From an uncultured Nitrospiraceae bacterium (GTDB taxonomy: Bacteria; Nitrospirota; Nitrospiria; Nitrospirales; Nitrospiraceae): 64,000 bases of DNA. Shown here one piece after another: positions 9,938 to 19,342 of this stretch. The notes beneath the pieces are model-generated. The model saw nothing but the letters and a program-made list of their open reading frames with translations. It was not told the DNA's origin and made no database searches. The translations under genes were made by a program, and so were the position numbers. Numbering within the stretch: the stretch's first letter is position 1; every line of letters starts with the position of its first letter. The DNA is taken from the NCBI GenBank assembly GCA_963730935.1, contig CAVSTP010000001.1, positions 1 through 64,000 on the forward strand, written 5' to 3'.

Positions 9938-12091
9938 TCAAGATGGATTTGTGCCCCGGCAAGAAGTCTCTAGAATGGCGGCATATAACTGGTCCACGGC
10001 TGCTTCCTTCGTGATCAGCGCCGTGGCCCCAGCCTTCTTCATCGCTTTCTGGTTCTCCTCTCCTGCGTTGACCGATAAGCCGATGATGGTAAGGTCGGGA
10101 TACCGGGCTTTCAGGTGAGCTGTCGCCTCGATGCCATTCATCTTCGGCATATTGATGTCCATGATCACGACCGCAGGATTCAATCGTTCGGTACAAACCA
10201 GGGCCTCTTCTCCGTCGGATGCCTCGCCAACGACTTCCACGTCGGCATAGCTTTCCAGCATCGTCCTCAACCCTTGACGGACCATGGCATGATCATCGAC
10301 CAATAACACCCCGAGGGTAGCCCCTGGTCTCGCTGATACAGGCCCAGCACTCTGCCTTCCTGACCCGTCCTGTGACACCCAGAGAGGAGTGGAGTCCGGT
10401 TTCGTCTCACTCCATGTTACTCCCAACGGTAAGGTCAGCGTCGCCCGAGTCCCCTTGTTGGGAGCCGATTCGATCGCAAACGAGCCGCCCAGGGCCTTCA
10501 TCCGCTCGCGAATACTGAAGAGGCCGAATTTTGACGTGAGCTTGGTTGACGTCGCGGTCTCAGCGGCCGCAGCCAGGTCAAAGCCTCGGCCATCATCGTG
10601 TACTTGTAAGCGCAGTCGATCGCCGTCCATCTCCATGGTGACGTCGGCCGTGCCCGTTGCCGCGTGCTTCCAGGCATTCATCAGCAACTCGCGCACCGAT
10701 TGGAACAACAGCAGCGCCTGATCCTCGGGCAACTGGAGAGTAGCCTCGGGCACCGTCACCGCGACCGCCATGTCATGCTTGTGCATGTACGCGCCGAGCC
10801 ATTTGAGACCCGCTGCCAGGCCATGATCCCGCAGCACGGGAGGGCTGAGTTCCGCGACCAGGGTGCGGGTGTAGGTTAATGCCTCGGACAGAATACCATC
10901 GGCTTCGCTGATGAGCTGTGCACACTTCGGCAGCGTCTCGACGAGCTCTTTCCCTTGGCCCAGTTTGAGGCGGCCCAGCACCAATAGTTGTTGGAGGTGA
11001 TCGTGGAGTTCCGCGGCCAGTCGCTTGCGTTCCCGTTGTTCGGCGAGGTTCAGCTCGGTGGCGAGCCCTCGCAAGCGGTCGTGGGACTGTGTCAGTGCTT
11101 CTGTGCGGTCCTGGACCAACTGTTCCAACTGGCCAGAGAACGACCGCAGCCGATTCTCGCTGTCCCGCAAGGCTTTCTCCCACTCTTTGCGCTCGGTGAT
11201 GTCGCTGGCGATGCCGTAATGGCGGATCGGTCTGCCCGTGGTGCTGTATTGGTTGCGCCCCAGATTTGCGATCCAGCGCAGGGTCCCGTCCGGGCGGACA
11301 ATGCGAAACTCATAGGCACAATCCGCTCCGCTGTGGAGTGCTTCCGTAAACTGTTGCCATACGCGTTCGCGGTCTTCTGCATGGATGAACTTCTCTAAGG
11401 CTTTGGGGGTCGGGACGAAGTCATCCGGTGAGACGCCGAACACGGTATACGTTTCCGGCGACCACCAGAGCGCGTCGGTCACCATATCCCAGTCATAGAC
11501 GCCCATCCGACCCGCCTGAAGCGCGAGCGTGAGGCGTTCCTGTTTCTGCCGCAAGGAGTGTTCTCCCAGCTTGCGCTCAATCCCCAACGCAATGTGGTCG
11601 GCGACCATCGACATCGCGTGTAGGGTCGACTCTGACAGCGCCTCGCGTGAGAACATCGCCATCACCCCGATGACGCGATCCTCGACCACGAGCGGGTAGC
11701 CGGCGAACGCGACCATCCCCTCGCGTCGGGCCCACTCCTGTTCAGGCACACGGGGATCCCCAATTACCTGATTGGTCAGATGCGGTGTTCCCTCTGCCGC
11801 GATCTGGCCGATTTTTAGCTTACCTAGAGGAATGCGGGCATGACGGCCCTCGAGGTTGGTATAGAGACCGGAACTGGCCTGGAGTTCGAGCACGTTGTGC
11901 TGTTCGTTGAGGGTCCAGATGCGGGCAAAGGCTGCACCCAGATCATCCACCATCGTCTGCGTGCAGCGCCGCAACATCTCGGCGAAGTCACCGCACTCGA
12001 TCAGATGAGTGCCGATCCGTGCGCTGAAGGACTCCAGGCGGGCTTGTTCCTTAGACTTTTCTTCCGCTGGGGTGCGCTCGGTGCCATCCAT
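9938..12091 (-). CDS. Hybrid sensor histidine kinase (GAF-PAS-HisKA_3-HATPase-REC)
   Basis: GAF (AFAGYPL), PAS (EFRIVRPDG...DITERK), H-box ELHDHLQQ, DDGRGF, FGLFSIRER; receiver LLVDDH...MDINMP...K. Confidence 0.92.
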   Translation of the reverse strand: MDGTERTPAEEKSKEQARLESFSARIGTHLIECGDFAEMLRRCTQTMVDDLGAAFARIWTLNEQHNVLELQASSGLYTNLEGRHARIPLGKLKIGQIAAEGTPHLTNQVIGDPRVPEQEWARREGMVAFAGYPLVVEDRVIGVMAMFSREALSESTLHAMSMVADHIALGIERKLGEHSLRQKQERLTLALQAGRMGVYDWDMVTDALWWSPETYTVFGVSPDDFVPTPKALEKFIHAEDRERVWQQFTEALHSGADCAYEFRIVRPDGTLRWIANLGRNQYSTTGRPIRHYGIASDITERKEWEKALRDSENRLRSFSGQLEQLVQDRTEALTQSHDRLRGLATELNLAEQRERKRLAAELHDHLQQLLVLGRLKLGQGKELVETLPKCAQLISEADGILSEALTYTRTLVAELSPPVLRDHGLAAGLKWLGAYMHKHDMAVAVTVPEATLQLPEDQALLLFQSVRELLMNAWKHAATGTADVTMEMDGDRLRLQVHDDGRGFDLAAAAETATSTKLTSKFGLFSIRERMKALGGSFAIESAPNKGTRATLTLPLGVTWSETKPDSTPLWVSQDGSGRQSAGPVSARPGATLGVLLVDDHAMVRQGLRTMLESYADVEVVGEASDGEEALVCTERLNPAVVIMDINMPKMNGIEATAHLKARYPDLTIIGLSVNAGEENQKAMKKAGATALITKEAAVDQLYAAILETSCRGTNPS

Positions 12092-12437
12092 TGGTCAGCT
12101 CCATGAATTCTCTTTCGCCATCACCCATGAGTATTACGTCAGTCTCGAGCGAGCTGCACGAGAAGCGTCGCGAGTCAGCATTGACAGCAATAGGGTTCTT
12201 AGGGATCGGCACTATGCCAAGAATCTCCCTAGTTTGAAACTGACACTTTTGACAGTCCCTTTTGTCCTACGCAGTCAGTAAGGTCTCCCGAAATGCCGTG
12301 CTTGGCTTCGATGCCATAGAGGGGTGCTACTTCGCCGAACGTATCGCGCTGTTTCCAGCAGAATGAGGAGCGAATTTCAACTGGTAGAACTCGACATTTA
12401 CGGGGTAGCAGGAATGTTGGAATGTTAACCCTGCGAA

Positions 12438-12770
12438 TCACCGCGCGCTGGTGAGCCATTCGATAGCATCTTCTGGAGTCTTGAATGTTTTCACATTCAT
12501 CCCTCGATTCACGGCGACGGTTTCCCCTAATCTTGTCGGGTCACGAAGAGGTTCATGTATAACATACGCAAACCGCGGCGCAATTCTGTGCTCACCGGCG
12601 ATCCTCACGGTTTCTCTCGCTACGAATTCGCCGTAGTAGAAGCGCTCCATGTCCTTGGGCTTCCCCTTCATGTTCCGGGCATCGAACAATATTTTCTCAG
12701 CCTTATGCAGGGCCAGCCTCAAGCATTTCAAGGAAGGCCTGTTTGGCATCTTCCAGCGAGAATTCTCCGC
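12438..12770 (-). pseudogene. 5'-truncated, frameshifted paralog of the 9544..9915 gene
   Basis: Colinear with 9544-9878; 2-bp deletion (gggcaacagcc to gggccagcc); similarity stops abruptly at 12770. Confidence 0.85.
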
Positions 12771-13223
12771 AGGTCCGAAGAGCGACTAAGGAAAACTGTC
12801 AGAATTGACAGCTTCAGCAGTCAGACGAATGCGCCGGACACGAAAGTTCTGCCCACAATTTAGGCACAGACTTAGCGAGACAACGATTATAGCCAACATC
12901 ATCAGGCGAACCTAAGAGGGCGTTTGCTAGGGACCTTACGAGTGGGCCGCCGATTGGCTCGCAAATATTATAGTCAGTCTCGTCGCAGTAATTCCTACTG
13001 CCTGACACTCGTAAAAGCCGTCCGGATTACACATGATCTTGGACAGATTCAGATCTAGCTTCTCATTGCCGCACCAGTTCGTCCCTGTTCTCTCTTGCCT
13101 ACACACCTACATCTCGTATCCGGCACCTAGGATGAAATTAACGGCTTCTGCGGGCATGGACATTGCTGTTCAAATTACTTCTTATCCCTGTCCTTTATAT
13201 AAGCAAACCTCGGAGATTCATCG

Positions 13224-13847
13224 ATGAACGATCGCCAGCCGATTTCATACCGATATGGAGTTCTCCTGTTTCTGCCCGTTTTCTGTTTCATGAGCGCGTG
13301 TGCAGACGGTAAGTCTGCAACGAAGGCTCCGAACGAGGATCTTGTTCGATTCGAGGAATCAACGAGGCAACTCCGCCAATTGGCTCAGGGAGGAGATGCC
13401 TCGGCGCAAAACGAGCTCGGCCTGCTGTACTACGAAGGCAAAGGTGTTCCTCAGAATCATAAAAGAGCGAAAGAGTGGTTTGATAAGGCCGTGGAGCAGG
13501 GACATTCGGGAGCCCAAGTCAATCTGGGTACGTTGTATCTCAGAGGTGAAGGTGCTCCGCAAAGCGGCCAAATGGCGTTGTTTTGGTTCAGTCGGGCTGC
13601 AGGACAAGAAGATGCTCTGGCTTTTGCAAAACTTGGGATGATGTATTCGCAGGGACGAGGAGTGCTTCAGGACTTCATTCAGGCCCACATGTGGTACAAC
13701 CTGTCAGCAGCCCACGGAGAAGGAAGGTCAGCAGAGGCGCGAGATGCCCTTGCGAAACAGATGACGCCAGCCCAGATCGCCGAAGCGCAGCGGCTTGCAC
13801 GTGAGTGGAGGCCAAGCGAAGAAAAGTCACGAAAGACTGTCTCCTAA
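13224..13847 (+). CDS. Sel1-repeat lipoprotein
   Basis: FMSA-C lipobox; repeats AQNELGLLYYEGKGV, AQVNLGTLYLRGEG and LGMMYSQGRGV...AHMWYNLSAA. Confidence 0.88.
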   Translation: MNDRQPISYRYGVLLFLPVFCFMSACADGKSATKAPNEDLVRFEESTRQLRQLAQGGDASAQNELGLLYYEGKGVPQNHKRAKEWFDKAVEQGHSGAQVNLGTLYLRGEGAPQSGQMALFWFSRAAGQEDALAFAKLGMMYSQGRGVLQDFIQAHMWYNLSAAHGEGRSAEARDALAKQMTPAQIAEAQRLAREWRPSEEKSRKTVS

Positions 13848-14049
13848 CAGACTATTGATCAATCGCCAGGTAATCAGAAACTATCGCCTCTCACCGACCG
13901 CTTTTTGCTGCTGGATCTTTCCAATGCCCAGCCGCGTGCCCCGTGTCTGTAACTTCAATTTTCGACAGTGCGGTTGAATGGCTTGCTGCAAGATGCCGCT
14001 CACAGTGGGTGTAGACCCTTCTCCGCTGTCGCATCGCTTCATTCGTTCG

Positions 14050-14079
14050 TTGACGCCTCCTGCATCTGTTGTGTATAAC
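14050..14079 (+). promoter_or_regulatory. Sigma70-type promoter TTGACG-N18-TATAAC for the polyamine cluster
   Basis: Direct motif match about 47 bp upstream of ATG 14127. Confidence 0.55.
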
Positions 14080-14126
14080 GGAGGCGCTTTCACTTGTTTC
14101 GATTCTTCGCCACAGGTCGACTCACC

Positions 14127-15233
14127 ATGGGTGCACGCGAATTCCATGATGGCGCAAAAGACGGCTTCGAAGCCCTCGAACCGCTGAACCCGGACGCCAT
14201 CCAGTCGTTCGACGAGCTCTTGGTCGCCATGCGCAAGACGGCATTCGGAGGCCGCCGCCTGGGCGAGGCCTATGAAGTGCTGTGGGCCATGATCGAGGAT
14301 ACGGACTGTTCGGTTGTAATGACACTCTCCGGGGCCATGACGATCGCCAAAATGGGCAAGATCATCAGTTCCATGATCGACCATGGGATGGTGCAATGTG
14401 TGGTTTCGACCGGCGCATTGATTGCTCACGGCCTGAGCGAGTCCGTAGGCAAGACACATTACCGCGTGCCTCCGTCGGTGAGCGATGAAGAGCTCTTTAA
14501 GAAGGGGTACAACCGGGTCTACGACACGTTGGAGATGGAAGCGAATCTAAACTACGTCGAACATGTCGTGGGCCAAACCATGAAACGAATCGATCCCGAT
14601 CAGCCGCTGTCCTCGGAACTGCTCACTCGCGAGTTGGGACGTACCTTGGCCGAAGGATTCGACGGAGACGGGATCCTCAAAAGTGCCTATCTGAAAAATG
14701 TCCCGGTCTACATTCCGGCCTTCACCGACTCCGAAATGGGCCTGGATGTCGGCACATGGGCCATGGGGCGGGTGGTGGACCAGGCCCGTGCTCAGGTGAA
14801 AGGAGGCAGCGATCTCGATATCCTGCGCGCGATCAACAAATCGTATCCGTCGTTTAACCCCTATCAGGATTTGAACAGTTACACGCAACACATTACGGCG
14901 GCGAAGCGGCTCGGTATCTTTACGATCGGCGGCGGAGTTCCGCGCAATTGGTCCCAACAAGTCGGACCCTATATCGAGATCAGCAATATGCGGCTGGGGC
15001 TGAGCGTCATGCCTCCCCGTTTCCAATACGGCGTGCGAATTTGCCCGGAGCCGGATTATTGGGGCGGCCTGAGCGGCTGTACCTATCAAGAAGGCGTGTC
15101 TTGGGGAAAATTCGTGCCGCCCGAAGAGGGAGGGCGTTTTGCCGAAGTACTGAGCGACGCCACGGTGGTGTGGCCGTTGCTCATGGCTGGACTGCTTGAG
15201 CGCAAGAAGGCCAAACATGCGGCTCGGACATGA
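14127..15233 (+). CDS. Deoxyhypusine synthase-like protein (SpeY-type homospermidine synthesis)
   Basis: LSGAM, STGA, NRVYD, PAFTDS, IGGGVPRN and GGLSGCTYQEGVSWGK with the active-site Lys. Confidence 0.92.
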   Translation: MGAREFHDGAKDGFEALEPLNPDAIQSFDELLVAMRKTAFGGRRLGEAYEVLWAMIEDTDCSVVMTLSGAMTIAKMGKIISSMIDHGMVQCVVSTGALIAHGLSESVGKTHYRVPPSVSDEELFKKGYNRVYDTLEMEANLNYVEHVVGQTMKRIDPDQPLSSELLTRELGRTLAEGFDGDGILKSAYLKNVPVYIPAFTDSEMGLDVGTWAMGRVVDQARAQVKGGSDLDILRAINKSYPSFNPYQDLNSYTQHITAAKRLGIFTIGGGVPRNWSQQVGPYIEISNMRLGLSVMPPRFQYGVRICPEPDYWGGLSGCTYQEGVSWGKFVPPEEGGRFAEVLSDATVVWPLLMAGLLERKKAKHAART

Positions 15234-15874
15234 GGAATGTACTCATGCGGCTCGCCGGGCTGCTGCTGGGTTTCGTGCTCCTGGTCGCTGGGGCAGCCGA
15301 TGTCGGTGCAGGTTCGGTCGCGGATGATGGGCGCGTCCAAGGCAAGGCCGATGCTCCGCTGACCTTGATCGAGTATTCGGATTTCACTTGTGGCTATTGC
15401 ATGAAGTTTTTCAAGGAGACCTTGCCAAAATTGCAGGCTACGTACATCGATACCGGCAAGATCAAGTTCATCTATCGAGACTATCCGCGGGCAGATCGCG
15501 GCGTAGGAGTAGAAGCTGCCGTGGCGGCCCGCTGTGCAGGAGCGCAGGGACGCTACTGGGCCATGCATGATCGGTTGTTCGGCGAAGGCAGCCGGTTGGA
15601 TTCCGGCTCATTCAAGAGTGTCGCGAAATCCCTGGGGTTGGATCCGGGGGAATTCGGAAAGTGCTTCGATGAACGGCGTCATCTGGAATCGATTTTCCAA
15701 GATCGGCGCGAGGCGAATCGTTGGGGATTTCATGGAACACCGGGATTTATTTTGATGCAGACCGTCGCGGGGGCCACGGAACAGGTCCCGGCCGTCGCGA
15801 TCCCCGGAGCGTTCCCCTTTGAGGCCTTTGCCGAAGAAATCGACCGGATGTTATCCAAGGTGCCCGGGTCATAA
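15230..15874 (+). CDS. DsbA-family thiol-disulfide oxidoreductase
   Basis: Signal peptide, EYSDFTCGYC, GTPGF cis-Pro motif; ATGA overlap with the upstream gene. Confidence 0.9.
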   Translation: MRNVLMRLAGLLLGFVLLVAGAADVGAGSVADDGRVQGKADAPLTLIEYSDFTCGYCMKFFKETLPKLQATYIDTGKIKFIYRDYPRADRGVGVEAAVAARCAGAQGRYWAMHDRLFGEGSRLDSGSFKSVAKSLGLDPGEFGKCFDERRHLESIFQDRREANRWGFHGTPGFILMQTVAGATEQVPAVAIPGAFPFEAFAEEIDRMLSKVPGS

Positions 15875-15908
15875 CTCTCACACCATCTCATTGACGAGGG
15901 ATTACCGT

Positions 15909-16178
15909 ATGTCTGATATACAGTCGTTCTGGCCTGTCGCGCAGCGCGATGGTGAACCGCCGTTTTGGGTCTGCATGTCGTGCCTTTCCGAAGTGTTCTT
16001 TCGCAAGGTTCCGATGCCCGACTGTCCGGGTTGTCACGGCGTCTCCACCTATGAAGCGTTCGCCATCGAGGCGATCGCTGACTGGGGCACAGAAGATTTG
16101 GTCGCGAGGGCGCGGGCTGCCGAACAGGCGGCGAACATGCAGCCGGCTTCCGCCTCTTCGGTCGAGTCCACGCCCTAG
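15909..16178 (+). CDS. Small zinc-ribbon protein
   Basis: CMSC...CPGC pair; GAGG RBS before ATG 15909. Confidence 0.65.
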   Translation: MSDIQSFWPVAQRDGEPPFWVCMSCLSEVFFRKVPMPDCPGCHGVSTYEAFAIEAIADWGTEDLVARARAAEQAANMQPASASSVESTP

Positions 16179-16202
16179 GCCAATCTTCCAGCGCGGAGTG
16201 TC

Positions 16203-17645
16203 TTGTTGCAGGGACCACGTCCATTTCTCATCGGCGGCCAATGGCGCCAGGGGGACACCACTGCTCCCGTGCACGATCCCTTCACGGGGAAGGTCCTCGC
16301 CGAAGTCTCCCAGGCGAGCGAGACCGACGCCGAGGCGGCCATCCAGTCCACCGCTGACGCGGCAACACCGATGGGCGTCTTGCCGGCGCATCGCCGTTAT
16401 CACATCCTCCAGCGCATTGCCGGTTCGTTGTATGACCGTCGCGAGGAGTTTGCCCGGCTGATGTCCGGAGAAGCTGGAAAGCCGATCTCCGATGCGCGCC
16501 GGGAAGTATCGCGAGCCGTACAAACCTTCACCGTCGCCGCTGAAGAAGCCAAGCGGATCGGGGGCGACCTCATCCCTCTCGACTGGACGCCAGGGACAGA
16601 TTCCCATCTCGGCATTCTGCGCCGCTTTCCCATCGGCCCGATCTTAGGCATTACGCCGTTCAACTTCCCTTTGAACCTCGTCGCGCACAAGGTCGCGCCC
16701 GCCCTGGCCGCAGGGAACCCGATTCTGATCAAGCCGGCGCCGCAGACTCCCTTGACGGCCTTGCTGCTCGGAGAGGTGGCCTTGGAGGCCGGCGTGCCTC
16801 CCGGCGGACTCAACGTGCTGCCATGCGAGAACCAGATCGCGGAGCGGTTGGTGGTCGACCCGCGCTTTAAGCTCTTAAGCTTTACGGGCAGCGCGGCGGT
16901 GGGGTGGCGACTCAAGGAGAAGTGCGGCAAGAAGAAGGTGGTCCTCGAACTGGGAGGTAATGCCGGCGTCATCATTGAACCGGATGCTGATTTGGACTTT
17001 GCGGCACAACGCTGCGCCACCGGCGGATTTGGCTATGCCGGGCAAACTTGCATTTCCGTTCAACGGATTCTCGTCCACCATTCCATTGCCGACCTTTTTA
17101 CCACCAAGCTGTTGCTCCAGGTGGCCCGGTTGAAAGGCGGCGATCCTAGCGACGAAGGTACGGTCGTGGGCCCGCTGATCGATCAGAAGGCGGCCGATCG
17201 CGTCGAGCAGTGGATTGCAGAAGCGGTGGCACAAGGCGCCCGCGTCCTTTTGGGCGGCAAACGCATGGGGTCGGTGGTGGAGGCGACGGTGCTGTCCAAT
17301 GTCACACCGGACATGAAGGTCTCCTGCCAGGAAGTGTTCGGGCCGGTGGTGACTGTGACGCCCTATCGCCGGCTCGACGAGGCTATTGACGCCTTGAACG
17401 CATCGAAGTACGGGCTGCAAGCCGGTGTCTTCACCCAGGACGTGAACAAGGTCTTTCATGCATTCAGTCACCTGGAAGTCGGAGCTGTTCTGGCTAACGA
17501 GATTCCGACGTTTCGCGCCGAGCATATGCCGTATGGGGGTGTGAAGGATTCGGGCCTTGGTCGCGAGGGCTTGAAGGCGGCGATTGAAGAGATGACCGAG
17601 CCTCGGGTCCTTGTGGTGAATCTTCGACCGCCTTCGGTTGGGTAG
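16203..17645 (+). CDS. NAD(P)-dependent aldehyde dehydrogenase
   Basis: ITPFNFP, KPA, SFTGS, LELGGN, AGQTC (catalytic Cys), EVFGPV, YGGVKDSGLGREG. Confidence 0.95.
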   Translation: MLQGPRPFLIGGQWRQGDTTAPVHDPFTGKVLAEVSQASETDAEAAIQSTADAATPMGVLPAHRRYHILQRIAGSLYDRREEFARLMSGEAGKPISDARREVSRAVQTFTVAAEEAKRIGGDLIPLDWTPGTDSHLGILRRFPIGPILGITPFNFPLNLVAHKVAPALAAGNPILIKPAPQTPLTALLLGEVALEAGVPPGGLNVLPCENQIAERLVVDPRFKLLSFTGSAAVGWRLKEKCGKKKVVLELGGNAGVIIEPDADLDFAAQRCATGGFGYAGQTCISVQRILVHHSIADLFTTKLLLQVARLKGGDPSDEGTVVGPLIDQKAADRVEQWIAEAVAQGARVLLGGKRMGSVVEATVLSNVTPDMKVSCQEVFGPVVTVTPYRRLDEAIDALNASKYGLQAGVFTQDVNKVFHAFSHLEVGAVLANEIPTFRAEHMPYGGVKDSGLGREGLKAAIEEMTEPRVLVVNLRPPSVG

Positions 17646-17771
17646 GGGAAAAAACTTCGGGGATATTGCGATCCGCAGACTTTCTTGATACAACAGCGGC
17701 CCTGTGCCTGAAGAAACCTCGCGTCAGGCTTGGCGTTTCTTGCGGTCGGACGAAGCAAGGGAGAAGAGACG

Positions 17772-18341
17772 ATGGTACCTACGCACATGTTTCTGACCAG
17801 AGGAGTCGGCGTCCACCGAGAAAAGCTGGCCTCGTTCGAGCAAGCGCTGCGCAGCGCCGGTGTCGCCTACTGTAACCTCGTCAGCGTCTCGTCCATTCTC
17901 CCGCCCAACTGCAAGATCATTCCGCGCAAGCGCGGCGAAAAATTGTTAAATCCTGGTGAAATCACTCATTGTGTCATGGCTCGGTCGGAAACCAATGAGC
18001 GCAATCGTCTGATTTCCGCGTCGATCGGGCTGGCGATCCCCACGGACCGCCGCACGTACGGGTATCTGTCGGAACACCACGCACACGGAGAAACCGACGA
18101 GGAGACGGGGGAATACACCGAGGACTTGGCCGCGCAGATGCTTGCGACGACCTTGGGCGTCGAATTCGACCCGACTATCGCGTGGAAGGAACGTGAGCAA
18201 GTGTTCAAGATGGGCGGCAAGATCGTGCGTACATTGAACATTACGCAGTCGGCCATTGGAAAACCGGGGCGATGGACCACCGTCGTTGCGCTGGCGGTGT
18301 TCATTCCTCTGGAAAACCTGCCGAAGCGGGCCCGCCGCTAA
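17772..18341 (+). CDS. pdaD: Pyruvoyl-dependent arginine decarboxylase
   Basis: SFEQALRSAGVAYCNLVSVSSILPP with the Ser-Ser self-cleavage site; YGYLSEHH. Confidence 0.92.
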   Translation: MVPTHMFLTRGVGVHREKLASFEQALRSAGVAYCNLVSVSSILPPNCKIIPRKRGEKLLNPGEITHCVMARSETNERNRLISASIGLAIPTDRRTYGYLSEHHAHGETDEETGEYTEDLAAQMLATTLGVEFDPTIAWKEREQVFKMGGKIVRTLNITQSAIGKPGRWTTVVALAVFIPLENLPKRARR

Positions 18342-18391
18342 CCTGCAGGAGCCGAGCGGCGCACGAGCCCTCTCTTGCAGCCAGCGAGTAC

Positions 18392-19330
18392 ATGTCTATG
18401 ACGCTTCCCGCTGGATGGGAAGGCTATCAGCACAATTTTCTGGGACTCGAGGAACCGTGGTGCCATCCCGAGCAGGCCGGCGTCTATGTGCTGCCTGCTC
18501 CTTACGAGCACACCTCCAGCTATATCCCGGGTTCTGACGAAGGGCCGTCGGCCATCATTGAAGCCTCCCATCAGGTCGAGTTCTACGACGAAATGCTTCG
18601 CTGTGAGCCGTACCGTGAATGGGGCGGGATTGCCACTCTCACGCCTCTCGACCTGAGGGGCAAGGTCGACAAGGAGGCGGTGGAGGCGATCGAGGCATTC
18701 GTGCGCCCTCATGTCGCGGCCGGGAGGTTTCTCGTCACCTTGACGGGTGAACATACCGGAGCGTTAGGCGCGATCCGGGCGCACGCAAAGGGGTATCCGA
18801 GTTTGACCGTCGTACAGATCGACGCTCACGGGGACCTCCGCCATGCCTACCAAGACAATCTCTACAGCCATGCCAGCGTCATGGCGCGCGTCGTCGATGA
18901 CGGACTGCCCTTGGTGCAGGTCGGCATTCGATCGATTTGTCCGGAAGAAGTCGCCCGGATCGCGCGCACCGAGCAGATCTCGACCTTTTTTGCCGCCCAA
19001 CTGCTGGACCCGCTGGGTCACTACGAAGGGAAATCCGCCCGTTGGATTCCCGATGTCGTGAAGGCCTGTCGCGGACCGGTGTATCTGACCTTTGATTGCG
19101 ACGGCCTCGACGCCTCGTTGGTTCCCGCCCTGGGGACACCCGAACCAGGTGGGCTCGGTTGGTACGACACGTTGAATCTCATCACCGCGCTGGCTAACGG
19201 ACCCGGGATTCTCGGGATGGACATCAGCGAGATTGCGCCAATCAAAGGATTCGTGGCTCCCCAGTTTTGTATCGCTCGGCTGATCTATCGTATCTTGGGA
19301 AGAGTGAAGGCCGGCCGGCGCGTCCACTAG
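18392..19330 (+). CDS. speB: Agmatinase (ureohydrolase family)
   Basis: GEH, IDAHGDLR, SHAS, QVGIRS, FDCDGLD, GTPEPGG. Confidence 0.88.
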   Translation: MSMTLPAGWEGYQHNFLGLEEPWCHPEQAGVYVLPAPYEHTSSYIPGSDEGPSAIIEASHQVEFYDEMLRCEPYREWGGIATLTPLDLRGKVDKEAVEAIEAFVRPHVAAGRFLVTLTGEHTGALGAIRAHAKGYPSLTVVQIDAHGDLRHAYQDNLYSHASVMARVVDDGLPLVQVGIRSICPEEVARIARTEQISTFFAAQLLDPLGHYEGKSARWIPDVVKACRGPVYLTFDCDGLDASLVPALGTPEPGGLGWYDTLNLITALANGPGILGMDISEIAPIKGFVAPQFCIARLIYRILGRVKAGRRVH

Positions 19331-19342
19331 CCCACTCTCTCC

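Noticed and set aside
13881..14042. 53-codon minus-strand ORF (MKRCDSG...) as a possible peptide precursor
   Set aside because: It has no leader or core pattern and no clear RBS, and it lies far from the MNIO gene.
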